Source: Eledone cirrhosa (lineage: Eukaryota). Taken from it: DNA of 64,000 nt. The notes below the pieces were generated by a model, which ran no database searches, was not told where the DNA came from, and worked only from the letters and a program-made list of their open reading frames with translations. The stretch's first letter is position 1; each line of letters starts with the position of its first letter. Of this stretch, positions 42,548-57,019 are shown piece by piece. The stretch covers positions 46,934,001 to 46,998,000 of the forward strand of contig OZ024747.1 of assembly GCA_964016885.1 (NCBI GenBank), read 5' to 3'. Made by a program: the position numbers and the translations under genes.

Positions 42548-43260
42548 GAAATAGAATGAAACAAGATTTCATTTCTCTCTCTTAGTACGGCACTTACTTA
42601 AATGTAAGTATGTATGTATACGTACATACATATATGTATACAGACGTACAGTAGTATGTATATATATACATACATGCACACATATATATATGCACGGATC
42701 GGTTTACCGAACATTTATTATAATGCTCGGTTTGTTTGTTTGTAAACAAACAAACAGCCCGAATTACGCCGTACAGTGTTTAGACAATCACGTCACCTTT
42801 TTGTTCAACACTGACACAGGAACGATGTACTAGTTTCAAGCTTATTAGCAATCGTCAGCATCGTATACCTTCCTGCCAGATGGTTGAACGTCTGAAAGTA
42901 TATACTTTCCTTATGCATATTAACGGTTGAGTAACCTAATTTGCATAAATGGAATAGAATGAAACGAAGTTTCATTTCTCACTCTTAGTACGGCACTTAC
43001 TTAAATGTAAGTATGTATGCATGTATACGTACATACATATATGTATACAGACGTACAGTAGTATGTGTATATATATATATACATACATGCACACATATAT
43101 ATATGCACGTATTCGGGCTGTTTGTTTGTTTACAAACAAACAAACCGAGCATTATAATAAATGTTCGGAAACCGATACGTGCATTTATATATGTGTGCAT
43201 GTATGTATATATATACATACTACTGTACGTCTGTATACATATATGTATGTACGTATACAT
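42544..43260 (-). mobile_element. Family H tandem: 403-nt monomer, partial second monomer, then an inverted segment
   Basis: Monomer start repeats at 42544 and 42947; HHR at 42823-42863: cgatg-CTGACGA...GAAA-ctag-TA-catcg; a further fragment lies at 43557-43730. Confidence 0.82.
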
Positions 43261-43307
43261 ACATACATACATACATACATACATACATACATACTTATAT
43301 ATATATA

Positions 43308-43427
<120 letters not shown>

Positions 43428-43498
43428 TTATTTAGATATATATATATATATGTTCATATATATATATATATATATATATAAATATATATAAATATATG

Positions 43499-43556
<58 letters not shown>

Positions 43557-43911
43557 TAAGTATGTACACGTACATACATATATGTATACAGACGTACAGT
43601 AGTATGTATATATATATATACATACATGCACACATATATATATATGTACGTATGGATTCACCGAACATTTATTATAATGCTCGGTGTGTTTGTAAACAAA
43701 CATCCCGTATTAAGCCGTAGTGTCCAGCAAGTTTGAGTTTTTCCGGAATGTTTTGACTGCTGTTTCTTGTAAACAGTCATTCGTCTCATTCTGACGTCAC
43801 TAGCCCTGTTCTCCATGTGTTTTTATTATCTTAAATCCACACGAGGTGTAACTAGCCTGCTTTTAAATTCCCTTCTGGCATATTTTAGCAGTGATTTGGT
43901 TATCGTGTTGA

Positions 43912-43992
43912 GCTCTACTGATGAACGACTCCAACTGTGACTAACCCCACTGAAAAATTTCGTGAAATAGTCTTTTTAAGACTATATAGAGC
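43912..43992 (+). ncRNA. Type I hammerhead with a full stem III
   Basis: gctcta-CTGATGA-acga...tcgt-GAAA-tagtctt ttt aagacta-TA-tagagc. Confidence 0.82.
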
Positions 43993-44364
43993 ATTTGTAG
44001 ATTTTTCCAAATTGAAGGATAAGTATTTACTCTTAATTTTATTCTGAGTTAAGATTCTATTGGTTTTTTTCCCTGGATTACACAAAATCTGTGGATAAAA
44101 TTTCTGTCTTGACTTTTTTTGAATTGGGATTGAATTATTTTCCCATATCTTACGTTAAATATTTTCCATCTTGACGTAATAGTCACCTATATGTATAAAT
44201 TACTGTTGGCTTCTTGCTCACATTAATTTCTCTATTTTCATTTATATATATATATATATATATAACGAAGGAAATGTGGTAAGGAACCAGATGGACCATA
44301 ACGCACCAAAGTACTCAATATTTAGGGTAGTAGAGTGGGTAATAGGAACGAGTAGGAGTCCGTT

Positions 44365-44430
<66 letters not shown>

Positions 44431-44621
44431 GAAAATAGAATTTACATGCGTAAGGGGGTAATATCCATCGTCAGTTGTCTGCTAGGAATCATAGGTATTT
44501 CTTCGCGTTAGAGACAAGATACCTCAGCCTAGGGCGAGCAATAACTAAAATAAGTTATTGGGATAAAAAAGGGGGGGGAGAAAGAAAAATAATATAAACA
44601 GACACGAAGGGTGAAGCAACG

Positions 44622-44652
<31 letters not shown>

Positions 44653-44679
44653 ATATGTATATATATATATATATATATA

Positions 44680-45230
44680 AAATAAGATTTCGCTTCAAGC
44701 TTAGCTTTATACAATATGTATAGAAATGTCGTATTTCGAAAGAAATACGGTTTTAGGAAGCCGTAGCTATGCAAACACCGCGGGGCTAACGCCCTCTGTT
44801 AATGTCTAGCAGAAGCAAGGGGGACAACCGTCTATACATTAGCCCCACGGTGTTTACATAACTACGGCTTCCTAAAACCGTATTTATTTCGAAATACAAT
44901 ACGAAATGTCTATACATATTATATAAAGCTATGCTTGAAGCGAAATATTATTTCCTTTCTATTATAAGTTGAGCCAACTTATGCAGCTTCATATGCAAAT
45001 GAGATTAAACACTTCATTTACACACCCGAGAAAACTATATATTCTCGGCTGTTTTCAAGTCCAGCAGTCGCAAGAAGGGGGGGGGGGGTCGTCCTGACGA
45101 TGGCCAGTCAAGCCTGAAATTCATAGACGGTTGTCCCCCTTGCTTCTGCTGGATACCACCAGGGGGTGTTAGCACCCCGGTGTTTACATAGCAACGGCTT
45201 CCTTTCTTCGAAATACGAAATTTCTATACA
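44680..45230. mobile_element. Retrozyme-like family J: inverted arm plus ~330-nt tandem unit; HHR at 45089-45130 (+)
   Basis: tcgtc-CTGACGA-tggc cagtcaa gcct-GAAA-ttca-TA-gacgg; ttagc...ggtgtttacata repeats at 44839 and 45169. Confidence 0.78.
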
Positions 45231-45639
45231 TATATATATATATATATTGATTTGCTTTACTATGTCTCATTGTTTACATTATTAAGGCTCAAAATTCGTC
45301 TCTATGGAATTATTGAGCACTCTTTCCTCTTCAACAAAAATATATGTTGATGTATTTTGAGAAAACGTCTATTCAAAAACAATTGAATATGATTATAAAA
45401 AGTATAAATGTACAATACAGTATCAGTTGAGGATATTATAGGACGTCGGAGCTTATGGGTATAATTGTTTAATGTAACGATATATTCGTTCCAATTCGTT
45501 TTGCTTCGCTTCATTTATATTTTCAGATAACCACATTTTGTGATAAAAGACGTGGCTTCTCTAAATATAGACATCCCTCCACTGATAAACTTATTGTGTT
45601 TAGCTGAAGCCTATGCCTGGGTAGTTGATGTGTATAAAT

Positions 45640-46480
<841 letters not shown>

Positions 46481-46501
46481 CATTTTGAATAATATATATG
46501 A

Positions 46502-46543
<42 letters not shown>

Positions 46544-46774
46544 ATCATTTATTTTTTATTATTTATTTTGTTTTTACCTGTTTAGAGTGATTTGGTTTTT
46601 GGCTGGGTTGGTTAATGCCTTCTTGACTACCTTTTCAGTTTTGTATGGCTTCTTAACACATTGTTTAGCTCTGGTTGTTAACTATTGACCACTTTGCCAG
46701 TATCATTTCTGATTTTTGCGTTTCGCTTCGCTTTTCCTGCCCGCCGAAAATGCGATACTCGCTGAATCTTTATT

Positions 46775-46824
<50 letters not shown>

Positions 46825-47762
46825 AGATAATATAAATTAATATATATGATAAACACAGATACCAACATATCAGTGTTTGTATTGTAAATGACTAAGTTAG
46901 CTAGATTGAAAAATACTAATTATAATAATACAGTTTGCCTGTCTCGATTTAAAATAATAAATCACTAAAAACAAACCCTATTGGTAAATAGACAAATTTA
47001 AATTTCAAAATCAAACCTGTTCCGTAGATAAGTTTAAACTTTAAAATCCAAATGTTTCGATAAATGAAAAAGTGAAAAAGGTGAAAATATACCACAATCA
47101 GATCTCCTCAGTAAGTACCCTGAAAAATTGGTAGAAATACTCTTTCTTTGAGCTATTTCATTGTAAACGACTGCCTGAGTTTTGAACTCTTTATTCACAG
47201 TATATATATATATATACATTAATATAAAAATATTAATGGAAAAATTAATCCTCTTTTATTAATGAATGGTTTATTATATTGTTTCGGATGAGATGTGACC
47301 TCGAATTATTCAAATGTTGTTGCAGAGTTCTTTTTACAAATTCCGTCCATAGAATAGATGTGTTTATACGATCAGAGCTCATTCTCATCTGAGAGAAAAC
47401 GATAGTCAATGGTAAAGATTTATCACTGAAAATTTTTTTTTTCCTTTAGTATTGACATGTTGGCTTAAAAATATAAAATGGAGAAAACGTCTAAGGGAGA
47501 TAATTTATGGAAAGTTAACCCCAGAAATTGTTTTCCAGTATTAATTAAACTAGATTGTGATAATATTATAACTATGTGTCTCAGTTTTTGCAGTACTGAA
47601 TTTTCATACCAGCCATGCAACATTCGGCACCAAACCTATCAAGTGCAACTTTTGTCGAATTAAGTAACACCTTTTCGTCTGAAATTGCAAGTTGACTGAT
47701 TTCATACCTGCCAGTCGTGATACCGCATCCAACCCCGGCTGCGCATGTCAATCTGTTCATGT

Positions 47763-47943
47763 AAATAATTGTTTCTACTTTTGGCACGAGGCCAGCAATT
47801 ACCCAGTGCATTACTGGTACTTTATTTTATCGACCCGTAAGGATGAAAGGCAAAAGTTAACCTCGACGGGAGGTTAACTTTGGCAAGGACCTAACTCTAT
47901 GCGTCAAAGCATGGCGTCCGACCCTCTACCGATACTGCCAACC
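47763..47943 (-). mobile_element. S1 SINE with 12-bp TSD
   Basis: catgtaaataat at 47758-47769 and 47944-47955. Confidence 0.85.
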
Positions 47944-48073
47944 CATGTAAATAATGAACAGAGAGTCTGACTCCCGCATTGTATGGTTTCGATTTAGCAT
48001 CATTTATCCAAATACAAATACTCGGGCATTTGTATACAGACATTAGGGCAGTTCCGAAGAAACACTCCTTTAC

Positions 48074-48220
48074 ATTCTGAGTTCAAATCACACCAAAGTT
48101 AGCTTTGCCTTGCATCGATATAATAAAGTACCACTAATGCACTGGGCCGATTTATTCAATCTCTCCTCCCTTCAAATTGCTGGCCTTGTGCCAAATGTAG
48201 AAACAATTATTATTATTATT
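48074..48220 (+). mobile_element. Older S1-like SINE fragment
   Basis: ttctgagttcaaatc...ggccttgtgccaaatgtagaaacaattatt. Confidence 0.7.
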
Positions 48221-48529
48221 ATTATATTTTTACTATTATCACTATTTTTTCTTGCCCTTCGTATTTGATACACTTTCGTTTCCTCGTGAATGTCTACAGA
48301 GTGACTTTCAATCATATACTGGACATTCTACATTAAGACTGTTTGGCAAGTACATTTGGCTGCATTTATATTCGAATGTAAATGTCAATTGATTCTAAAT
48401 TATAGGTTTGCAATAGATTTCTTGTCACATATTCATTTCTTCAACAGATGAGACAAATATACACATATACAGTCACACTACCTCTCCCTCTCTCTCACAC
48501 ACACACACACACATACACACATACACATA

Positions 48530-48576
<47 letters not shown>

Positions 48577-48582
48577 CACACA

Positions 48583-48626
<44 letters not shown>

Positions 48627-48725
48627 TATACTTACAAACTCACACACGGATATATATATATATATATATACATATTCATACACACATACAGTTGCATACA
48701 TGCATGCACGCATAGACACACACAC

Positions 48726-48802
<77 letters not shown>

Positions 48803-50465
48803 TACTTGGCGTGGAAGAGTAGTAATTGAGTTGACGGTGATTACTATCTCACACTTAATCCCACATCTATGAAACCTTGTTAAATTACTGGTTATACTTC
48901 TTTTCAAATTCATTGAAGAAACCTTTTATTCCAAATTGTAGCGATACTATCTCTGCAACATGCTGAACACAATAACGCGAACGACATAAGCGAAGAACCA
49001 AAGACTTTCAAACTAGGAGTAAGTGGCATTTTTTTCGTTTTAAGTATGTTGCAGTCACCGTACATAATGAAATTTAAATGAACGGTACCTGGTTGAACTC
49101 TATATATAAAATCTGGATGATATTTTTTTGTTTAAAATCAAGTTGCGTATGGTTAAATAGCATAAGGAAGAAATTTATTGAGGAGGGGGCTTTTGATTAC
49201 CAGTACTACACTAGTAATCAAAGGAAGAAGTTATGACAGAATTAATATCGGCAATATTCGAATTCAAAACGTAAAGATTTTGCATCTAAAAGCCATAAAA
49301 TATTTTATCAGATGTCCCTGCGTTTCTACCAATCCATCAATAATAATATTAGATAATCTTGTTGAATATGAAGTGCATAAATGTACCAGCGTGTGTATGT
49401 GGTAAGAACTTTTCTCTGAAAATACAGGATTTCTGGCTCAATTGCAATGTGCGGCATCTTGAGAAACTGTTTTCTACCGATCGCTTCCATGTGTACTTCG
49501 GTAGACGAAAACTGTGTAAAACACATCAAAGGTATTATTCCCTTTCTTTGGTGGTAGAATCACTGGGGTTATGACAGCCCAAAACATTTATTCATATGCT
49601 ACTCTTCTGCATGCAACTGGGTTATGTCTCCGGTCTAAGGATAACTTTCTCTTTACTCGACCCCTACCTGTCTTGACAAATTTACAAAATGCAATCTAGT
49701 TCATTTTGCTTTATTGTCGACGTGTTACAATATTTCAGCTGCATAAACAATCTCCATCTAACGAACTTCTGATAGATAGAGTTTGTTTATAATCACAAGT
49801 TGTCAGATTAAGAACGAAATAGAATGAAACTATGCTGATATGTATAAATATATTTCTATATATTTCTATTTTCTATGGTTAAGTTAATTAATTTCAAACA
49901 AAATAGAATTCGTCTTGTTGGTAGCTTATATTTGTATCTACGATGCTTTCAACCTACATCTACAGTATATATATAATATATTTTTCATCAAAAGGTACAT
50001 GCGCACTATATTTGAGAACACGTGAAAATTTCATGTCTCTCTCAATATTATTAGCTACATAAATGAATTGTAGCTGCTTGAACTACGATAGAAAACTAGG
50101 TTGCTGACGCGAGTTACAAGTTGATCTCTTGTGTAATCACATATTACTATTGGGAATCACAGTTTAAACGTTCTTGTTGTCAAATCCTGCCGGAGATTTT
50201 CTATCATTTGTATAAACACTACAGTCTCTCAGAATATGTTCTAGTCTCACAAACGACAATCTCATATCCCAAGACCCTTGATGTCTGGATGATTTGAGAA
50301 ATTGTAAATAATACTAATGTGACTAAAGATATATTCATTGTATCGACCTGTTTCTACTGCTAAGTGTACAGATTCAGCATGACTGTGTACTCAGATCTTT
50401 TGTTTTGCAGCCACACGTAGTTTCAGCTTCAATCCCCCTGCGCGGCAACTTCATATATATATATA

Positions 50466-51056
50466 TAAATCAGGAAAGAAGGTTGACATGGTTTGCTATA
50501 CAAAAAAGGTTTTAATCTCATAGCTGACAATTGTTTCTCTGAACTGGTAGGTCTAGAGATCGCTATTCGCTTGTTTTTCACGTTACTCGATCGCCAATAC
50601 AAAATTATAACCAAGTCAGTTCTTCGGAGCGTGCGAGAATGAAGAGAATATACAGGCATGAAAAGAATATACAGGCTACTATATGAAGTAGTAATGGCAT
50701 TCAATTAGAACAATAACAAACAATTACAACAAAGAACTGACTGGTTATAATTTTGTATTGGCGATCGAGTAACATGAAAACAAGCGAATAGCGATCTCTA
50801 GACCTACCAGTTCAGAGAAACAATTGTCAGCTATGAAATTAAAAACCTTTTTTGTATAGCAAACCATGTCAACCTTCTTTCCTGATTTATTATTACTCCA
50901 AGTGTTTACAACATAGGAATTACAGCATACCCGCAGCATCACTATGAAAACGCCTTGTTGAGTCAAACCAAGCCAAGCGTTGATATCATCCACTACCTGG
51001 AATACCATAACTGGACTATACCTAAGTGGACTGCATCTAACTATTATTTGTTACCC

Positions 51057-51058
<2 letters not shown>
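50466..51058. mobile_element. Family K fold-back; U4C hammerhead at 50523-50630 (-)
   Basis: 50466-50624 is inverted at 50732-50889; gct-CCGAAGA-actga...ttcaga-GAAA-caattg-TC-agc. Confidence 0.75.
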
Positions 51059-51092
<34 letters not shown>

Positions 51093-51337
51093 GTTTGGAG
51101 ATAGAAGGCCAAAGCAATGCAGGTATGGATATAGAATATAAATACAAATGCAAAAGATATTGCTGCCAATTAGTCTTTTACCTTAAATTATTTGAATATC
51201 CTTTATTTATTTGAATAGGATATTCAAATAAATTAATTTATATTCTATATACATACCTGCATAGTTTGGGCCTTCTAACTCCAAACGTTTATACCTCATT
51301 ACGTAATGCTTCAAATAAACTACAATATATATATATA

Positions 51338-51690
51338 CTAGCTGGCCTGTCCGGCTGGCGCCTGGCTCGGTATACCTACCCCCACCACTCCACTGCAAAG
51401 ATACCACACACCCTCCTTCCGACTCTCTCTCTCTCTGAATGACTAACACTTTAATTGTATCTCTCTCTGTCTAACGGCCTATCTCTCTCTTTTCCCCTCC
51501 TCTATTTTTCTGTCCTCTATCTGTAGATGTGTGTGTGTAGTTTTCCTAATGTTTCTCTCTCTCTCTCTCTCTCCTTATGTGTGTGTGTATATATTGAAGG
51601 GAGATACGGAAACTAAAACAGTGTTGTCATATAGAGAGTGAAGAGCGACAGAGAGAGTAAGCAGTTAAATTATAGAGAGGGGTAATGATC
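51338..51690 (+). mobile_element. Possible non-autonomous Helitron-like element
   Basis: Begins TACTAGC followed by a GC-rich short palindrome, with internal (CT)n; resemblance only. Confidence 0.25.
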
Positions 51691-51723
<33 letters not shown>

Positions 51724-52005
51724 AAGTATAGATATGTGTTTGTGTGTTTGTGTATGTGTATGTGTGTATGTGCATGTGTGTCTCTGTGTGTGTGTGAGAG
51801 AGAGTGTGTGTATGTTGTGAGAGAGAGAGAGAGAGTGTGTGCGTGTGTGTTACTTATGCGAGCGACGACAGATGAAAGATATACGACGTAAATGAACGTT
51901 ATTTTTCAATCACTGCTACATTTGATCATACACATTGTTTATTCAAAATTATTTTAATGCCGATATTGTTTTAACGTCATTTAACGTCAAAAAAAAAAAA
52001 AAAAA

Positions 52006-54022
52006 AAATTCTTTTCAAGGTGATAATTCGGATTGAGGTGAGTAAAAAATTTTTTTTTTTCTATTTATTTTTTTTTTTTTAATTGTTTAATTTCTAATTG
52101 TTAATTTCTTAATTGTTTTAATTTATAATTTCTGATATTTGATTTAGGATTTTAATTTTATTTCCAACTCTCACTCTTAACTTCCAACGTAAAACCATGA
52201 TACCTAGAATTAAGTTATTTTCTCTTATAAGGTGATGGTCAGTCGTACCGTCAACGCTTAGTGAGGGGTAGTAATTATGACCCGTAAAAACTAACACTCT
52301 CCCATCCCCTCTGGCTCTCGGCTGACTGCCACAGCCGTGATGGGTAGCAGTAAAATATGGTACAGGCATTGGTGGGGCCATTGTTTTGGCTGAGAGGTGA
52401 ACTGACTAAGCGAATTTCGTTGAAATCTGCGGTGGCTAATGGTCAACTTCCTTCAGACATGCGCTTGCGCAGACCGGTGGGGGTGAATTGGTTACTTCAC
52501 AAGGGAGCGGATGAAAAACCCAAAATCACGCAATTCATCGTTCCCATGTCGATCCAATTTGGATTGCCTCGGAAACATAACCTTATTATGTAACAAGCTG
52601 TCTGATGATGACACGACAATCGCACACAGAACAGTGTGGCCAGTGTCGTCACTGAAATATATATCACAGCATTATTATTTAAGGACTTGAACATCTGAAA
52701 CTACTTCGCTTTTCCTTATTCGATATTTACTCCGTCACTCCTATGTGAAAAAAGTACGTTGAGTGCTTGAATTGAATTGCATCAATGTTTACCCTAATAA
52801 TTTAGCTACAATTAGTTGAGCGCTTTACGATGTAACCGATATGGTGGAGAAGAGAGGAACAACCATAAGCTACCCCGGAAATTCCTCTATCATGGGGATG
52901 GAAACCCCTTACACTGGACGGACATAATAGTAACTTTCGGCAGGATAAATACGCGGAAACAAATAATAGGATAAACCCCCTATTTTCCTGCACCAAATCG
53001 CATTTGAACAGAAGCCCCCTCAATTCAATCTATACATGGACAGATGGACAATCATATGGATCATTTTGCATATATGTACTCTGTGTTTTTGCATTTATTC
53101 ACTATTGGTTCTGTTCTTTTCTTTTGTGTACATTATGTCTGTTTTTCTTTGATTTTGTTCCATGTGATGGAAATTATGACTGTGTACCAGATTGACTAAT
53201 GCCTAGAGCCCTGTAGTTTTCCCTCAGTTATAATGTACGGCACTGTCGTTCAATATGTGGATAGAGTAACTGTGACACTAGAAACCCTCTCAGAACATAT
53301 TACTTAAACATCTCTCTCCATATTATTTACTCACTTCAGTCTATATTTTTACTCACCTCAATCCGAATTATCACCTGAAAAGAATTCTTTTTTTTTAATT
53401 CTTTAATTTCTAATTGTTAATTTCTTAATTGTTTAATTTATAATTTCTGATATTTGATTTAGGATTTTAATTTTTATTTCCAACTCTCACTCTTAACTTC
53501 CAACGTAAAACCATGATACCTAGAATTAAGTTTATTTTCCCTTATAAGGTGATGGTCAGTCGTACCGTCAACGCTTAGTGAGGGGTAGTAAACTATCACT
53601 CTCCCATCCCCTCTGGCTCTCGGCTGACTGCCACAGCCGTGATGGTTAGCAGTAAAATATGGTACAGGCATTGGTGGGCCATTGTTTTGGCTGAGAGGGT
53701 GAACTGACTAAGCGAATTTCGTTGAAATCTGCGGTGGCTAATGGTCAACTTCCTTTGGACATGCGCTTGCGCAGGCCGGTGGGGGTGAATTGGTACTCAC
53801 AAAGGAGCGGATGAAAAACCCCAAAACACGCAATTCATCCGTTCCCATGTCGATCCAATTTGGATTGCCTCGGAAACATAACCTTATTATGTAACAAGCT
53901 GTCTGATGATGACACGACAATCGAGCACAGAATAGTGTGGCCAATGTCGTCACTGAAATATATATCACAGCATTATTAGTAAAGGACTTGAACATCTGAA
54001 ACTACTTCGCTTTTCCTTATTC
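52006..54022 (+). mobile_element. Family D: two ~650-bp direct pLTR-like repeats, each with an intact HHR (52597-52670, 53898-53971)
   Basis: 52080-52724 is repeated at ~53397-54022; HHRs 1301 nt apart; 52006-52050 is an inverted copy of 53346-53387. Confidence 0.82.
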
Positions 54023-55112
54023 TATATATATGCATATATATATACATACTTACATTCGTCAGTCTACAATACTGTAACATATCAGTCTCAGAGAAAAACA
54101 CCGAAAAACCCGTGCTTTGGAATATAAATATTTTATATTCCATTTGTTAGATTGTGTTCTACAGTCAATCTATTGTCAATCTGACCGTCAGAAAATCAGT
54201 GAACTAGTATTAGGTCGAGTGTAAATCTGCAACCAAACACACTATAATTCACCAAATGCGTTAGAAATAATATGTAATGCAAAAGAAAAAAACAAAACGA
54301 AAAATGTTAAGACTCATCATATAAATATTTGTACTTGATTAACTCTTGTAGATTTGACAATTCAATCCTAAAATGATGAAATATTAATTCCTCTGAGAAG
54401 CTCTAGATCACGACATATCTATTTACGCTGTTATTTTATAGTTTTCTTTTATTAACTTCACTTTCCAACGTTCACATTAATAGGTGTATATCGATGATTT
54501 CCAAATCACTTCATTTGCAACGCTCTCTAATGTATTAAAAGTAGAGTACATTATATGAAATAATTAATGAATCGCTGGCACGTAGGGTACAAAATATAAT
54601 GTGAGGCTTTGGCCGTTTGTTCCTATAAAACTGTAAATGTTATTTTTGATTGGTTTGTAGTTTGGTTAGATTATATTTTTCCATATATTCTCTTTTAAAA
54701 GCGATTGCATAGTTTTAATCATCTGCATTAATCTCTGAGAATATCATAGTTCAATCGGTATACTTTGCAGATAAAGCCAGTTCAATCCATTTGCACTAAT
54801 ATTACACTGAAAAACTGCATAACCCTCAGACGTAATAAGTATCTCTCTTTCGGCGCCATCTTTCCCACCTTTATAATCACAATGCTCTGTCTTCAAGTAC
54901 GAAGCATAAATATATATTCATACATTGAAACAAGACATAGAAGAAGGCAGTATTTTAACTCATGTATATAAGAGGAGAAAAAAACTATATAATGCAAGAT
55001 TTGTCTTTTGCTTTTGATTATTTAAGCGAGTACATGTTTTAGTCATATTATGTAAAGGTTACTGAAGCCAGTTCAGTCTACAGTAACACTACCTGAATTA
55101 TAGCTAGCATAA

Positions 55113-56560
55113 TGGCATGGCTTCGCGAACGAAGATTAAGAAGTGTGTGATACATGTTGATTGCAAGAACCCTCGTGGCTGTTCAGGCCAATACGGTACA
55201 GGCAGGCGCGGCCGCAGCGGCTGCAGTAGAAGACCTGGTCAGCGTTTTATGACGTAGTTGTGGCTATTCCTCCTGTGCCTGTTGTCCTCGAGGTTGGCCT
55301 TCATAGTGTCTCGGATGGAGAAAACAGCATAGTTGATGGTGAGATGCAAGCATCATGGTCCTCAGCTTGGGTGGACCACCGGCGATGGTCGATGTAACAG
55401 GCACCAAGGGATTTTTCAAACAGTCCTTGATTCGCTTCCTTGGTGTCCCCCTGTCGCAATGGCCAGTGGAGAGTTCGCTGTACAGTGTGATCCCGGGCGA
55501 TGATATTTCATTCTGGAGATGTTCCCTGTCCAGCATAGTTGGGACTTCAGCATGATACTGGTGACCTCCGGCCTGTTCAAGGACTTCAACAGCACTAGTG
55601 AAAGCGTTCGAGGGGTCGAAGATGGTGATTATAAGTGACGCACAACTTTAAGCCATGTAAGAGAATGGTAATACTATGGCTATGTTCACTTTGATCTTGG
55701 TACTATTTTTCAGGTGTTTGTTGTTCGACGCGTGTTTGTAGTCGGCGAAATGCGCTGTTCGTCTTTGCCATTCTGTTGCCGATTTCCCTGTCGGTCGTTG
55801 CATCTGTCGTAATGGTGCACCTAAGGTTGATGAACCGATGGACCGTTTTCACTTCAGTCTCACCAATGGTGATATGGGGGAGCAGTACTCTTCCCGAGGT
55901 GCAGTATGATGGAGTACGTCCGGATCTATTATTCTGAGTTCTAGCCCCAATAGCTAGGCTGCCTCTGCGAAGTAGGAAGTGATACGCTGCAACGCTCTTT
56001 CTGTGTGGGCAACAAGAGTAGCATTGTCGGTAACGTGGTCTCTGATCATTTGCTCCAGCTTCTTCGTGTGAGCCTGCGGTCAACGAAAATTAAACAGGCT
56101 GCCAATCAGACGGTATCTTCTTGAGCACCATGCTGAAGAAGATGGTGAAGAGAATCGGGGCCAGGGCGCCACCCAGCTTCACTCCGTTTATGATCGGAAA
56201 GAGCTCTGAGAGGCTACTGCTACCTGACTTGGCCACGTTTTTCACATGTAGCTGGATGACCATGTTCAGGAACTTTGGGGGACAAACAAGACGTTCCATG
56301 ATCTACCACATTCATTTTCTGATCACTGCACTCCTCTTGAAGCTGCCTAGGAACAAACACCATGTCTATAGTGCTCCTGTTGGCTGAGAAGCGATACGGT
56401 CCCTCTGGAAAGTGTTCTTCATCGATGATGGATTTTCCCCACAACAGAGAGCAGAGTAAACCCCGGTAATTTGAGTAGTCTTACTTTTCTCCATTTTTCA
56501 TGTACAGGGTGACGATGACTGTATCGTGGAGATCTTGTGGAAGATTACCCTGCTCCCAGC
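55113..56560 (-). mobile_element. Decayed RTE-clade (BovB/AviRTE-like) LINE fragment
   Basis: FSANRSTIDMVFVPRQLQE; PKFLNMVIQLH; NGVKLGGALAPILFTIFF; LYSELSTG..RG.PRKR.KDCLK; multiple frameshifts. Confidence 0.85.
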
Positions 56561-56683
56561 AACATACGAATTTTTTACATATTGAATATTAATGTATTAA
56601 TTAAATATCAGATTGGAGCATGTTTTTATTGGTGGTTCCTGGACCGATGCGCCAGTTTCTACGATTCTGATATGTATATATAT

Positions 56684-56713
<30 letters not shown>

Positions 56714-56735
<22 letters not shown>

Positions 56736-57000
56736 CCAAAGATTAATATGGTTCATTGATTACTCAATGAATATAGTTTTACAATAGATTAAAAGCACTC
56801 TACAATGAAGTTTTCTGGAGTTATTATTATTCAGAATAATAATAAATGAAGACTTTCAGGTAATCAAAATATATGTTTTATTATATATATTTCGAAGGTA
56901 CTGTGCTGATTTTTCAGTACGTCCTCGTCAGATAAAATACATGATGTATGACATACCTCAACCGTCTTGATAGTTCAATTCCAGTATTGGCAGTTTACCA
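56714..57000 (-). mobile_element. A-related pLTR with HHR at 56876-56937
   Basis: ttttat-CTGACGA-ggac gtactg...cagtac cttc-GAAA-tatata-TA-ataaaa; homologous to 46318-46460. Confidence 0.78.
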
Positions 57001-57019
57001 ATTATATATATATATATAA

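Noticed and set aside
49178-49574. Possible host exon(s) in non-repetitive sequence (also 39600-41000 and 54050-55100)
   Set aside because: Short ORFs with no recognisable homology or convincing splice pattern; small exons cannot be excluded without RNA-seq
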